Shown: in pieces, positions 1 to 12,337 of the stretch
Position numbering within the stretch: position 1 is the first letter of the stretch
Layout of the letters: every line of letters begins with the position of its first letter
Source of the DNA: an uncultured Chloroflexia bacterium
GTDB lineage: Bacteria > Chloroflexota > Limnocylindria > Limnocylindrales > CSP1-4
DNA length: 64,000 nucleotides
Assembly (NCBI GenBank): GCA_963828965.1
Contig: CAWHGL010000005.1
Coordinates: forward strand, 180,352-244,351
Reading direction: 5' to 3'
Position numbers and translations under genes: made by a program
The notes under the pieces: generated by a model
Databases searched by the model: none
Told to the model about the DNA's origin: nothing
Seen by the model: the letters and a program-made list of their open reading frames with translations, nothing else

Positions 1-1376
1 GGTGATGATCTCGGAGAGCCAGGAGCGCATGTGCGCTGCGGTCCGCCCCGATCGATGGGACGACGTCCGCGAGGTGTGCGAGCGCTGGGGCCTGCCCGTG
101 GCGGTCATCGGCCGGGTCACCGACGACGGCGACATCGCCATCACGTCCGGCGGCTCGGAGATCGCCCGCGTACCGGCGAGCGCGCTCACGAGCGACGCCA
201 TCGTCCACGATCGGCTCGCCGCCCCGCCGGCGCATCGACGCGCCGCACCGGCGCCTGGGGCCCCGCTGGAGCCTGTCGACCGCCTGCCGGAACGCGGCAT
301 GGATCCGGGCGCGGTGCTGTTGGGCCTGCTCGGCTCGCCGAACCTCGCCTCACGCCGGATCGTCTTCGAGCAGTACGACAGCACGGTCGGGGCGGACACC
401 GTCGCCGGGCCCGGGCGGGGCGCCGCCGTCCTGCGGGTCAAGGGCACGACCAAGGCCCTGGTGGCCGCCACCGACGGCAACCACGCGATCGGTGTCATCG
501 ACCCGTACCTCGGGCGCGGCCATGAGCGTGGCGGAGGCGACCCGCAACGTGGCCATCACCGGGGCGCGGCCGCTCGGCGTCACGAACTGCCTCAACTACG
601 GGGATCCGACCCGACCGGAGGCGTTCTGGCAGCTCCAGGAGGGCGTGCGTGGGCTCGGCGACGCGTGCCGGGCGCTGGGTCTGCCGGTCACCGGCGGCAA
701 CGTCTCGCTGTACAACGAGGCGCCCGGCGGCGCCATCGCCCCGACGCCCGAGATCGGCGTCGTCGGCCTGCTCGACGACATCGCGACGCTCGTCGGACCG
801 GCCTTCCGGCACGATCTCGACACGATCCTGCTCGTCGGTGAGGTCACGGCCGGGCTCGCCGGGTCCGCCTACGCGGCGCTCGCCGGGGTCGCCGCCGAGG
901 ACGGCCCGCCGGCGCTCGACCTGGCGCGCGAGGCGTCCCTCCAGCGGTTCATCCGCGAGGCCATCGCGCGTGGGCTCGTGGCCGGCGTCCAGGACGTGTC
1001 GGGCGGCGGGCTTGCCGTGGCCCTCGCGGAGGGCGCGATGTGGAGCGGGCTCGGGGCCAGCGTCCGGGTGGCGGTGGCCAACTCGCCGGCCGTGGAGCTG
1101 TTCGGTGAGAGCCCGTCCCGGCTCGTCGTCACGACGCCGCCGCGCTACGCGGCCGCACTCACCCTGCTCGCCCGCCAGCACGGGCTACCGGTCGAGGAGC
1201 TCGGGATCGTCGGTGGCGACCGCCTGACCATCGAGCTCGCGGGTGCCGGTGCCACGGGCGCCGCCGAGGAGCGCGGGAGCCGGATCGCCGATGCGCTCGA
1301 GGTGCCGGTCGCCGACCTGCGCCACGCCTGGGAGCACGGGTTGCCACGGGCGCTCGGCTGGGAGGAACCCGCCTGA
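1..1376 (+). CDS. purL: Phosphoribosylformylglycinamidine synthase subunit PurL, 5'-truncated by window edge; frameshift near 512
   Basis: Motifs [55 protein letters not shown], split over ORFs 2..841 and 492..1376 (extra G in a G-run). Confidence 0.93.
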
Positions 1377-2856
1377 TGTGCGGCGTGTTCGGTGCGGTCG
1401 TGCCCGGCGGTGAGCCCACCGAGGCCGCCGCGATCGCGACGCTCGGCCTGTTCGCGCTCCAGCACCGCGGCCAGGAGTCGGCCGGGGTCGCGGTCAGCGA
1501 CGGCGAGCAGCTGATGCTCTACAAGGACCTCGGGATGATCTCGACGGTCCTCGACGAGCGCCGCCTGCCGAGCCTGCGCGGCCAGCTGGCGATCGCCCAC
1601 TGCCGCTACTCGACGACCGGCTCGACGATCTGGGAGAACGCCCAGCCGACCTACCGGCAGGGGCCCCGGCGCGCGATCGCCATCGGCCACAACGGCAACC
1701 TCGTCAACACGCGCGAGCTGCTGACCCAGCTGACCGGCGGCCGGAGCCGGCTGCCCGCCTCGACCGACACCGAGCTGCTCACGGCCCTGCTCGCCGACGA
1801 GCCCGCCGAGGACACGGTCCAGGCGCTCGTCCAGGTCCTGCCCGCGCGTGCGGGGCGCGTTCAGCCTCGTCATCCTCGACCAGCATCGGGTCATCGGCGT
1901 GCGCGACCCGCACGGGTTCCGGCCGCTCGTCCTGGGCCGCCTGCCCGCATCGGCGGCCGGGAGCGGTTCGAGCGCCGAGGATGCCGGCCTGTGGGGTGCC
2001 GACCCCGATGCCGGCGGCTGGTGCCTCTCGTCGGAGACGGCGAGCCTCGACATCGTCGGGGCCGAGTACGTCCGCGACGTCGAGCCGGGCGAGATCGTCG
2101 TCCTCGAGCTCGGGCGGCCACCGCGCTCGGTGCGGTATGCGGAGGCGAACCCGAAGCTGTGCGTCTTCGAGCTCATCTACTTCGCCCGACCGGACTCCTA
2201 CATGGAGGGCCGCAACCTCTACGAGGTGCGCCGGCGGATGGGCGAGCAGCTGGCCATCGAGCATCCGGTCGACGCGGACCTCGTGATGCCCGTGCCGGAC
2301 ACCGGCGCTCCGGCCGCGGCGGGCTACGCCGAGGGCTCGCGGCCTGCCGTATCGCGAGGGGATGTACCGCAACCGGTACGCCGGGCGGACGTTCATCCAG
2401 CCGTCGGCCGGTCTCCGCCACCGCGGCGTCACGATCAAGCTCAATCCGCTGCGCGAGGTGGTCGCCGGCAAGCGACTCATCGTCGTCGACGACTCGATCG
2501 TGCGCGGGACCACGACCAAGCGGATCGTCGAGCTGCTGCGCAAGGCGGGCGCCAAGGAGGTCCACGTCCGGATCAGCGCGCCGCCGATCTACCACCCGTG
2601 CTTCTACGGCATCGACACGTCCATCGAGACCGAGCTCATCGCGTCGACCCACACCGAGCCCCAGATCCGCGAGTTCATCGGGGCCGATTCGCTCGGCTAT
2701 CTCTCGATCCGCGGCGTGCTCGCCGCGCTCGACCTGCCGTACGACCGCTTCTGCTTCGCCTGCTTCGACGGCAACTACCCCGAGCCCGTCCCGTACGACG
2801 CCGCCAGCCGCAAGTTCATGCTCGAAGAACCCGTCGCGGCCGCCAGCCGTGGCTGA
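1376..2856 (+). CDS. purF: Amidophosphoribosyltransferase; frameshifts near 1842 and 2340
   Basis: N-terminal MCGVFG (Ntn Cys), [52 protein letters not shown] loop, PCFYGID, across three frames. Confidence 0.95.
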
Positions 2857-3984
2857 TACGCGAGCCGCCTACCGGCAGTCCGGCGTCGACGTCGCGGCGG
2901 GCGAGCGGGCCGTCGAGCTCATGCAGGCGCACGTCGCCTCGACCCGGCGGCCGGAGGTCGTCGGCGGTCTCGGCGGGTTCGGTGGCGCGTTCACCATCCC
3001 GGCGGGCTATCGCGAGCCGCTGCTCATCGCCTCGACGGACGGGGTCGGGACGAAGACCGCCATCGCCGCCGCGGTCGGCCGGTTCGACACGATCGGCATC
3101 GACCTCGTGGCGATGTGCGCCGACGACGTCGTGTGCACCGGCGCCGAGCCGCTGGCCTTCCTCGACTACGTGGCCGTCGGCCGGCTCGATCCCGTCGGCG
3201 TGGCCGAGCTCGTCGGCAGCGTCGCGGCCGGCTGCCGTGCGGCGGGCGCCGCCCTCGTCGGCGGGGAGACCGCCGAGCACCCGGGCCTCATGGAGGCGGG
3301 CGAGTTCGACCTCGCCGGCTGCTGCATCGGCGTCGTCGAGCGGGACGGCGTGATCGATGGCAGCGCGGCGCGCGCCGGGGACGTCGATCCTCGGCCTGGC
3401 CTCGAGCGGCCTGCACGCCAACGGCTATTCGCTCGTCCGCTCCCTCGTCGCCCAGTGGGACCTCGACCTGGCCGAGCCGTACCAGGCCCGCCTGCGTCCG
3501 GACGATCGGCGATCCGGCCACGACCAAGGCGATGGCCGCCGCGCCGCACGAGGCGATGGCCACGCTCGGCGAGGTGCTCCTGACCCCGACCGTGGTCTAC
3601 GCGAAGGCCGTGCTCGCGGCACGCGCCGCCGTCCGTGCCGGCGGCAACGACCTGCATGGCCTGGCCCACATCACCGGCGGCGGCCTGCCGGGCAACGTCC
3701 CGCGCGCCCTGCCCGACGGGCTGGGTGCGCGGCTGGACCCCGAGCGCTGGACGATGCCCTCCGTGATGCGCCTGTTCGGTGCGCTCGGCGGGCTCGACGA
3801 GGCCGAGCTGCGCGCCACGTTCAACGGCGGCCTCGGGATGATCGCGGTACTTCCCGAAGCGGCCGTGCCCACGGCCATCGCGGCCCTCGCCCAGCACGGC
3901 GTCACGGCGATGGTGGTCGGGGAGGTGGTCGAGGCGACGGGCGGCCCCCGCTACGTCGAGGGGCGGTCGGAGCCGGCGGCGTGA
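2849..3984 (+). CDS. purM: Phosphoribosylformylglycinamidine cyclo-ligase (AIR synthetase); frameshifts near 3385 and 3497
   Basis: [63 protein letters not shown]; GTG start overlaps the purF stop. Confidence 0.94.
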
Positions 3985-4640
3985 GTCCCGCGGGCCCCGA
4001 TCGAGGCGCCACGGACGAGCACCCGTCGGACCCAGGGGCGCCGCCGACGCCCGCGGCGCGATCCGGGAGGATCGCCGTCGGCGTCTCGGGTGCCGGCTCC
4101 AACCTGCGCGCGCTCCACGCGGCCGCGATGCGCGGTGAGCTCGGTGGCGAGCTCGTCCTCGTGTTCGCGGACCGCCCGTGCCCGGCGCTCGACTGGGCCG
4201 CCGAGCAGGGGATCGACACGGCCCTCGTTCCCGGCGGTGACGACGACGCGCTGGCGGACGTGCTGTCGGCGCGCGTGGCCGGACGTCGTCGTCCTGGCCG
4301 GTTACATGCGGATCGTCGGGCCGGCCGTTCTGGCCGTGTATCGCGATCGCATCGTCAACACGCATCCATCGCTCCTGCCGGCGTTTCCCGGGGGCCACGC
4401 GGTCCGCGACGCCCTGGCCCACGGCGTGACGGTCACGGGCTGCACGGTCCACCTCGTCGACGCGACCCTCGATGGCGGCCCGATCGTCGCGCAGGAGGCC
4501 GTGCCGATCCTCCCCGGTGACGACGAGGCGGCCGTGCATGACCGGATCCGCGCCGTGGAGCATCGGATGCTGCCGCGTGTGGTCGGCCTCCTCCTGGCCG
4601 GCGCGATCGAGGCCGACCGGGCGAACGGTGACCCTCGATG
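3981..4640 (+). CDS. purN: Phosphoribosylglycinamide formyltransferase domain (no stop codon; apparently fused to PurH); frameshift near 4272
   Basis: IAVGVSGAGSNLRAL, VVLAGYMRIV, NTHPSLLPAFPG, GCTVHLVDATLDGGPIVAQ, EHRMLP. Confidence 0.9.
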
Positions 4641-6276
4641 CGCTCCGTGCCGACGTCGGCACCCCGCGGCCGCGCCGGGCCCTGCTGTCGGTCTCCGACA
4701 AGAGCGGGCTGGTCGACCTGGGCCGCGGCCTCGTCGCCCGCGGGTTCGAGCTCGTCTCGACCGGCGGCACCGCTCGGACGCTGCGCGACGACGGCCTGCC
4801 GGTGACCGACGTGGCGGCCGTGACCGGCTCGCCCGAGATGCTCGACGGCCGGGTCAAGACGCTCCACCCGCGGATCCACGGCGGCCTGCTGGCGGACCGC
4901 CGGCTCGACGAGCACCGCCTGCAGCTCATCGAGGCCGGGATCGCGCCGTTCGAGCTCGTCGTGGTCAACCTCTACCCGTTCGCCGCCGCCCTCGAACGGC
5001 CCGGCATCACCGTCGACGAGCTGATCGAGGAGATCGACATCGGCGGGCCGTCCATGGTCCGGGCGGCCGCCAAGAACCACGCCAACGTGGCGATCGTCAC
5101 GGCGCCTGCCCGGTACGGCGCGATCCTCGACGCCCTCGACCGTCCGGACGGGCTCGACGAGCGCCTCCGGCGCGAGCTCGCCATCGAGGCGTTCGCGCAC
5201 ACCGCCGCGTACGACGCCCGGATCGCTTCGGAGCTCCCGGGGCGGATGGTCGAGGCCGGGCTCCTGGACGCCGTGGACGACCCGTATCCGGCGACCCTCA
5301 CGCTCGCTCTCGAGAAGGTCGACAGCCTGCGCTACGGCGAGAACCCGCACCAACCCGCGGCACGCTATCGACGACCCGGCTCGACCCTGGCCGACGGCCT
5401 CTTCGGCGTCGAGCGATCGCCGCTCCAGGGCAAGGCCCTCTCGTACAACAACGTCCTCGACGCCGCCGCGGCGGCGGCGCTTGGTCGCGCTCTGCGCGGC
5501 CCGGCCGTGGTCATCGTCAAGCACATGAACCCGTGCGGCGCCGCGGAGCGCGGGTCGCTCCTCGACGCCTGGACCGCCGCCCTCGAGGCCGACCCGGTCA
5601 GCGCGTTCGGTGGCGTGGTGGCGCTCACCCGCGAGGTCGACGGCGACGTCGCGCGGGCGCTCACGTCGATCTTCCTCGAGATCGTCATCGCCCCTGGCTT
5701 CACGCCCGAGGCGCTCGAGGTGCTCGCGGCGAAGCCCAACCTGCGGGTGCTGCTCGACGAGGCCCTGGCCGACGACGCGCCGGTGCCACCGACCGCCGTC
5801 TCGCCGACGGGCTCGGTGCGCACGGCCGGGGCGCGGTGCTCGTCACGGCGCCGGACGTCGTCAGCGACGACCCAGCGACCTGGACCCTCGCCACGTCGCG
5901 CGCCCCGACCAGCGACGAGCACCGCGACCTCGACCTCGCCTGGCGGCTGGTCCGTGGGGTCACGTCGAACGCCATCGTCCTCGTCCGCGACGGCCGACTC
6001 GTCGGGATCGGGAGCGGCCAGACAAGCCGGGTCGACGCTGCCCGCCAGGCCGTCGCCAAGGCCCAGGCCATCCTGGGTCCCGCGAGCACCCGCGGTGCCG
6101 CCTGCGCGAGCGACGCCTTTTACCCATTCCCCGACGCGATCGAGGCGACCCTCGCGGCCGGGGTCGGCGCATACGTCCAGCCCGGCGGCTCGCTGCGCGA
6201 CGCCGAGGCGGTCGCCGTCGTCGATGCCGCCGATGGCACCATGCTCATCACCGGGATCCGCCATTTCCGCCACTGA
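4641..6276 (+). CDS. purH: Bifunctional IMP cyclohydrolase / AICAR transformylase; frameshift near 5830
   Basis: RRALLSVSDK, STGGTA, GRVKTLHP, EIDIGGPSMVRAAAKN, LRYGENPHQ, LSYNN, KHMNPCG, SNAIV, GQTSRVD, ASDAFYPF, QPGGS, RHFRH. Confidence 0.94.
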
Positions 6277-6362
6277 CCGGCCGGCGCGTTCTCGCGGTGG
6301 TTGACGCCGGGTCGGCGGGTCGCCATCGTCCGTCGCGAGCGCGTCACATGGAGGCTGGGTCG

Positions 6363-6830
6363 ATGCCCGAGCGGCTCTCGAACGAGGAGGTCGTCCGTCG
6401 CTATGCGGCCGCGTCGGTGGCCGGCGACCTGGAGGCTCTGAGCGCGCTGCGGCATCCCGCATGGTCGGTCACGTGGCCCCAGTCGGGCGAGCGCGTCGCA
6501 CGCGAGGACGCCTACCGCGAGATCCTGCAGCACTACCCGGGTGGCGCTCCGCGAACGGTGACCACGCGCATCGTCGGCGCCCAGGACCGCTGGGTCGTGA
6601 CCCCGGGCAACACGGTCATCCGCGTCGTCGGCGAGGGCGACGCGTGGTGGTGCGAGTGGCGGGTGACCTATCCCGACGAGATCACCTACCTCTGCATCGA
6701 CCTGATCGAGCTGCGCGACTCGCTCGTCCATCGCGAGACCGTCTACTGGGCGCCGGTCTTCGAGCCCCCGGCGTGGCGTGCGACCTGGGTCGAACACACC
6801 GATCCATCGGCCACGAGCCCGGCCGACTGA
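6363..6830 (+). CDS. SnoaL/NTF2-like fold protein
   Basis: GGAGG RBS at 6349; pattern WPQSGERV...YW.PVFEPPAWRA.WVE typical of nuclear transport factor 2 family proteins. Confidence 0.7.
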   Translation: MPERLSNEEVVRRYAAASVAGDLEALSALRHPAWSVTWPQSGERVAREDAYREILQHYPGGAPRTVTTRIVGAQDRWVVTPGNTVIRVVGEGDAWWCEWRVTYPDEITYLCIDLIELRDSLVHRETVYWAPVFEPPAWRATWVEHTDPSATSPAD

Positions 6831-6961
6831 CGCGTCGGCGATCCATCGCCGACCCTGCGATGCCGCCTATCCGCGGCGACGATGCTGCTGTATCGTCCGG
6901 CCAGTCACGCAGAGGGATGGGTCGGTCGGGCGAACGACGCGACCATGCAGAGGGAAGTGCC

Positions 6962-7967
6962 GTGTCCGTACGCATCGCCTCGCGCCCTGGTCTGGCCGTG
7001 CGCGCCGCCCTCCTTGGAGCGGTTCTCGTCGTGGCCTCCGCTTGCGGCGGCGCGAGCCAGGCGCCGGATGGCAGCGCGGCGCCCTCGGCCTCGACCGCGG
7101 TGGCGTCGTCCGCCGGCGATCCAGCGTCGGACAAGCTCGCGAGCGTGCTGGCTCGCGGCACCCTCGTCCTCTCGACCGACCCCGCCTACCCGCCACAGTC
7201 CGCGCTCGTCGAGAACGCCGTCCGCGCGACCGACACCAAGTGCGCACCCAACCAGCTGACCGCCCCCGAGGTGGAGGGCTACGACGCCGACACCGGCAAG
7301 CTCGTGGCCGAACGACTGGGCGTGGAGCCGTGCTTCGTGACGCCGCCCTGGAGCGAGATCACGGCCGGGAACTGGGGTGACCGCTGGGACATCGCATGGG
7401 GCTCCGGCGCCCTCACCGAGGAGCGGATGACACGTCTGTGGGTCACCCAGCCGTACTACTCGACGCCGCACGACTTCTTCGTGCCCGGTCGACTCGACCA
7501 TCACCGATGCGTCGCAGCTTTCGGGACTCGAAGTCGGGGCCTGTGCCGGCTGCACGCAGGAGCTCTATCTCAAGCACGAGCTGAAGCTGCCGGGCGAGAC
7601 CCTCGACTACGTCGTCGACGACCCGCAGATCGTCACCTTCGACGCGGAGCCGCCCGGACTGGCCGCGACCGCGGCCGGCGATCTCGCGGCCTTCCTGTGC
7701 GGCGAACCGGTCGGCGCCGAGGCGATCGCCGACGGTGCGAAGCTCCGGAAGCTCGCCGCGCCCGCCTATACCACCCAGAAGACGGGCTACCTCGACCGCG
7801 GGTCGCAGCTTTCGCAGACGGCCTTCGCCGCCGCCGTGGACCAGGCCCTTCGCGACCTCCACGCCGACGGCACGCTCAAGAAGCTCTCCGACACGTACTT
7901 CGGCCTCGACTACGCGACCGCGGCGGGCGCCTTCGACATGGCGCCGCTCGACCAGTCGGTCCAGTGA
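6962..7967 (+). CDS. Solute-binding lipoprotein, family 3 (polar amino acid type); frameshift near 7487
   Basis: Lipobox [36 protein letters not shown]; paralogue of the next gene. Confidence 0.8.
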
Positions 7968-8001
7968 GCGATCCGCGAGGCGGAAGGAAGGAGAGCATCG
8001 G

Positions 8002-8985
8002 ATGAGCCGCGTCTCCGCCGTGCGTGGTCTTGTCGGCGCGACGGTCCTCGCGACGCTGGTGGCCGCCTGTCAATCCAACGCGACGCCCGGGGCGTCGGGC
8101 GCGATCGCATCGCCGGCCGCCGCCGCGGCCTCGGCCGATCCGGGTACGGACAAGCTCGCCCAGATCCTCGATCGTGGCACGCTCGTGGGCTATCACGAGG
8201 CCGACTACGCGCCGATGTCGTTCGACGTGGCCGGATCCACCCGCCCTGCCGACACGAAATGCCAGGCCAATCAGCTGACCACCGCGGAAGTCGATGGCTT
8301 CGACAACCAGACGACGAAGCTCGTCGCCCAGGAGCTCGGCGTCGAGGCCTGCTTCGCGACCCCCACCTGGACCGAGGTCACGGGCGGCAATTGGGGGGAC
8401 CGTTGGGACATCGCGTATGGCTCGGGGTCGATCAATGCGGATCGGATGACGCGGCTGTGGATGACCCAGCCGTATTACGGCGTCGACAACTTCTTCTACG
8501 TCCGCGAGGACGCGCCATACCAGGCCGCCGCCGAGCTCTCCGGCAAGCAGATCGGGGCATGCGCGAGCTGTAGCCACGAGTACTACCTCAAGGGCACGCT
8601 CGAGATCCCCGGTGTGACCATCGTCAACGAGGTCGACGACCCGGTCATCGTCTCGTACGAGACGGAACCGCCCGGCCTGCAGGATGTCGCCGATGGGAAG
8701 ATCGACGCGTTCCTCGTCGCCGAGCCGACGGGCGAGCAGGCCATCAAGGACGGCCTGCCGCTGCGCAAGATCGCGAAACCCGCGTTCACGTACTACCCGA
8801 CCGGGTTCGTGGACAAGAGCTCGGGCCTCGCCCCGACGCCGTTCGTCGAACGCGTCAACGAGATCGTCCGGGGACTCCAGGCGGACGGCACCCTCCAGGC
8901 GGCATCGACCAAGTACCTCGGCAAGGACTATGCGACCGCCGGAGCGGCGTTCGACCTCGACGCGATCGGGCAATCCCTCCCGTAG
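8002..8985 (+). CDS. Solute-binding lipoprotein, family 3
   Basis: Lipobox [49 protein letters not shown]; AGGAG RBS. Confidence 0.85.
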   Translation: MSRVSAVRGLVGATVLATLVAACQSNATPGASGAIASPAAAAASADPGTDKLAQILDRGTLVGYHEADYAPMSFDVAGSTRPADTKCQANQLTTAEVDGFDNQTTKLVAQELGVEACFATPTWTEVTGGNWGDRWDIAYGSGSINADRMTRLWMTQPYYGVDNFFYVREDAPYQAAAELSGKQIGACASCSHEYYLKGTLEIPGVTIVNEVDDPVIVSYETEPPGLQDVADGKIDAFLVAEPTGEQAIKDGLPLRKIAKPAFTYYPTGFVDKSSGLAPTPFVERVNEIVRGLQADGTLQAASTKYLGKDYATAGAAFDLDAIGQSLP

Positions 8986-8987
8986 CG

Positions 8988-11744
8988 ATGCGCATCCCGG
9001 GCCCGTGGAATCGCAGCCTCCGGGCCCGTCTCGTCGGGACGTTCGTGCTGCTCTCCGCGATCACCGTCGCGGCCGTCGGCGTCGTCGTCTATGGCCGGGC
9101 GACGGCCGATCTGACCGACTCGGTCTTCGAGCGGCTGGATGCGGTCGCCGAGGTCAAGGCGGACTCACTCGATCGCTGGATCGACGAGCAGCGTCGCAAT
9201 GTCGTGTTCGTCGGCTCGATCCCGGGCGTCGGCGACCAGGCCCGGACGATGCTCGACGAAACGGCGTCGCCGGCCGATCGCCAGGCCGCCCGCGAGCAGC
9301 TCCTCGACACCCTCAAGGTCGTCGTCCAGCAGACCTCCGACGCCCAGGAGTTCGTGCTCCTCGACCTCGATGGGACGGTCCGGCTCTCGACCGTCGCCGA
9401 CCACGAGGGCGCCAGCCAGGCGGAGGAGTTCTTCTTCCGCAACGGCGTCTCCCACACGACCGTCCAGAACGCCTACCGCTCCACCCTGACCGGCCTCCCG
9501 ACGATCACCGTCAGCAGCCCGCTGTTCGACGCGAACGGTCGCGGCCGTCGGGTCGGGGTGCTGGCCGGCAACCTCAACCTCGAGCGGATCGACCGGATCG
9601 TCCTCGAGCGCACCGGCCTCGGCGAGGGTGGGGCGACCTATCTCGTCGGCCTCGATCACCGCTTTCTGCACGCCCGGCTGAATCAGGGCGAATTCGCCAA
9701 GGGCGTGAACTCGACCGGCATCCTTCAGGCATTGGCCGGCAACAACGGCCAGGCGCTCTACACGGACTACCGCGGCGTGCCCGTCATCGGGGTCTACCGC
9801 TGGCTGGACGAGCATGGCGCGGCCCTGATCGTGGAGCTGCCCCAGTCGGAGGCGTTCGCCCCGGCCCGTGACCTCGCCCTCTCGATCGCCCTCGTCGGCC
9901 TCGTGTCGACGATCCTGCTCGCGATCGGGATCTGGCTCGTCGCCCGGCAGGTCACCCGTCCGATCGCCCGGCTCGAGGCGGCTGCTACGGCCGTCGCGGC
10001 CGGCGACCTGACCGCGACGACCCCGGTCCGCTCCGAGGACGAGGTGGGCCGACTGACCGTGGCCTTCAACAACATGACCACCCAGTTGCGGGAGGATGTC
10101 GAGACCCTCGAGCGCCGGGTCGACGAGCGGACGGTCGAGCTCCAGGCCGCGCGCCAGGAGGCGGACGCAGCCAATCAGGCCAAGGGCTCGTTCCTGGCCT
10201 CGATGAGCCACGAGATCCGCACGCCGATGAACGCGATCATCGGCATGAGTGGCCTGCTGCTCGATACGTCGCTCGACGACGAGCAGCGCGACTACGCCGA
10301 CACGATCCGGACCAGCGGCGACGCCCTGCTCACGATCATCAACGACATCCTCGACTTCTCCAAGATCGAGGCGGGCCGGGTCGACCTCGAGGCGCTGCCA
10401 TTCGACCTGCATCGGGCGGTCGAGAACGCGCTCGACGTGCTCGCACCGCCGGCGGCGGCGAAGGGTATCGAGCTCGCATACCAGATCGATCCCGGCGTCC
10501 CTCGCCGGGTCGTCGGCGATGTCGGCCGCTTCCGCCAGATCGTGCTCAACATGCTCTCGAACGCGGTCAAGTTCACGGAGACGGGCGAGGTCGAGCTGAC
10601 CGTCTTCGGCCATCCGGTCGCCGAGGGCGTCTCGTCTGCGCCGGACGCGGCCGAAGGACGGTGGGAGATCGGCATCGACGTCCGCGACACCGGGATCGGG
10701 ATCCCGGCCGACCGCATGGATCGTCTGTTCCAGAGCTTCAGCCAGGCGGACGCGAGCATCTCGCGGCGCTTCGGCGGGACGGGCCTGGGCCTGGTCATCA
10801 GCCAGCGACTCGCCGAGGCGATGGGCGGCTCGCTGACGGCCGAGAGCGCCGGGGTGGCGGGGCAGGGGAGCACCTTCCGGCTCCGCATACTGGCGACGCC
10901 CGCGACCGACGATCCAGCTGTCGCCGCTCCACCGTCCGAGTCGGTCGACCTGGCCGGTCGGCAGATCCTCGTCGTCGACGACAACGCCACCAACCGGCGC
11001 ATCCTCGTCGCGCAGCTCCGTCGATGGGACGTCGAGGCGCGCGACACGGCCTCGCCCGCCGAGGCGCTGGGCTGGATCCGCGACGGCGGGCGGTTCGACG
11101 CGATCCTGTCCGATCTGCAGATGCCGGGGATGGACGGGCTCGCCTTCGCGGCCGCGGTCCGCGAGACGGGCTCGACCCCGCCGCCGGTCCTCATCCTCTC
11201 GTCGGTCGGGGGCCGGCTCCCAGCCGACACGCCGGTCGCCGGGAGTCTGGCCAAGCCGGTCAAGCCCTCCGCCCTGTATGACGCCTTGACCAACATCCTG
11301 GCCGGCCGCGCCGCTGCCTCGCCGTCGCGGGCGCCCGACCGGCCGTCGGTCGACCCGGGCCTCGCGGCGCGTCACCCGCTCCGGATCCTCCTCGCCGAGG
11401 ACAACGCGGTCAACCAGAAGCTCGCGACCCGATTGCTCGAGCGGATGGGGTACGCGACGCGGGTCGCCGGCGACGGGCTCGCGGCCATCGCCGCGCTCGA
11501 GGACGACACGTTCGACGTCGTCCTCATGGACGTGCAGATGCCCGAGCTTGACGGCCTGGAGGCGACCCGCCGGATCCGGGCGCGCTGGCCGGATCGCGGG
11601 GTGCGGATCATCGCGATGACGGCCAATGCGATGGCCGAGGACCGCGACGCTTGTCTGGCCGCCGGCATGGATGACTACGTGTCCAAGCCGATCCGCGTCG
11701 AGGAGCTCGCGGCGGCCCTGGAGCGGGCGATGCGCCTCGCCTGA
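8988..11744 (+). CDS. Hybrid sensor histidine kinase (TM-Cache-TM-HAMP-HisKA-HATPase-REC-REC)
   Basis: H-box [17 protein letters not shown]-box NAVKFT, G1 DTGIGI, G2 GGTGLGL; two receiver domains (VVDDN...DLQMP, AEDN...DVQMP); [15 protein letters not shown]. Confidence 0.93.
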   Translation: MRIPGPWNRSLRARLVGTFVLLSAITVAAVGVVVYGRATADLTDSVFERLDAVAEVKADSLDRWIDEQRRNVVFVGSIPGVGDQARTMLDETASPADRQAAREQLLDTLKVVVQQTSDAQEFVLLDLDGTVRLSTVADHEGASQAEEFFFRNGVSHTTVQNAYRSTLTGLPTITVSSPLFDANGRGRRVGVLAGNLNLERIDRIVLERTGLGEGGATYLVGLDHRFLHARLNQGEFAKGVNSTGILQALAGNNGQALYTDYRGVPVIGVYRWLDEHGAALIVELPQSEAFAPARDLALSIALVGLVSTILLAIGIWLVARQVTRPIARLEAAATAVAAGDLTATTPVRSEDEVGRLTVAFNNMTTQLREDVETLERRVDERTVELQAARQEADAANQAKGSFLASMSHEIRTPMNAIIGMSGLLLDTSLDDEQRDYADTIRTSGDALLTIINDILDFSKIEAGRVDLEALPFDLHRAVENALDVLAPPAAAKGIELAYQIDPGVPRRVVGDVGRFRQIVLNMLSNAVKFTETGEVELTVFGHPVAEGVSSAPDAAEGRWEIGIDVRDTGIGIPADRMDRLFQSFSQADASISRRFGGTGLGLVISQRLAEAMGGSLTAESAGVAGQGSTFRLRILATPATDDPAVAAPPSESVDLAGRQILVVDDNATNRRILVAQLRRWDVEARDTASPAEALGWIRDGGRFDAILSDLQMPGMDGLAFAAAVRETGSTPPPVLILSSVGGRLPADTPVAGSLAKPVKPSALYDALTNILAGRAAASPSRAPDRPSVDPGLAARHPLRILLAEDNAVNQKLATRLLERMGYATRVAGDGLAAIAALEDDTFDVVLMDVQMPELDGLEATRRIRARWPDRGVRIIAMTANAMAEDRDACLAAGMDDYVSKPIRVEELAAALERAMRLA

Positions 11745-11821
11745 CTGCGCGAACGAGGCTCCCGCTGGCCGCACCCCGGCGTACGATGGCCGTCTCACCA
11801 GATCCCGTCCGGAGGCCCGCC

Positions 11822-12295
11822 ATGTCCGAACTGATCGCCATCACCTTCGACGGCGCCGATGACGCCGCCGCGGCCCTGCACTCCGTGCGCTCGCTCGAGC
11901 ACGATGCCGGCCTCGGCCTCGAGGACACGGCCGTCGTCAACAAGGACGCCGACGGCAAGATCCACGTCAAGAACGAGATGTCCAGCGGGACCGAGACCGG
12001 TGCGGCCGTCGGGGCGATGCTCGGCGCGTTGCTGTTCGTCGTCTTCCCGCCGGCGATCATCGGCGGCGCGATCATCGGCGGCCTGATCGGCCGGGCCGCG
12101 GCCCCCGGCATCGATGGCGATTTCGTGAAGCAGGTCGAGGCGGACCTGCCGGTCGGTGGGTCGGCGCTGTTCCTGCTGACCAAGGGCGGCGACCCCGGCC
12201 TGCTCATCGCGGCCATGCGCCAGTACAAGGGCCGGGTCGTCCAGACCTCGCTCGATTCGGAGGAGGAGCAGGCGCTCCGCGACTCCCTCAAGTAG
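11822..12295 (+). CDS. DUF1269-like membrane protein
   Basis: GGAGG RBS; pattern EDTAVVNKDADGKIHV, glycine-zipper GAAVGAMLGAL, GIDGDFVKQV, GGSALFLL. Confidence 0.75.
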   Translation: MSELIAITFDGADDAAAALHSVRSLEHDAGLGLEDTAVVNKDADGKIHVKNEMSSGTETGAAVGAMLGALLFVVFPPAIIGGAIIGGLIGRAAAPGIDGDFVKQVEADLPVGGSALFLLTKGGDPGLLIAAMRQYKGRVVQTSLDSEEEQALRDSLK

Positions 12296-12337
12296 CCGGG
12301 TCGGCGGCGGCGTCATCGAGACGCCGTCGCGCCGCGT

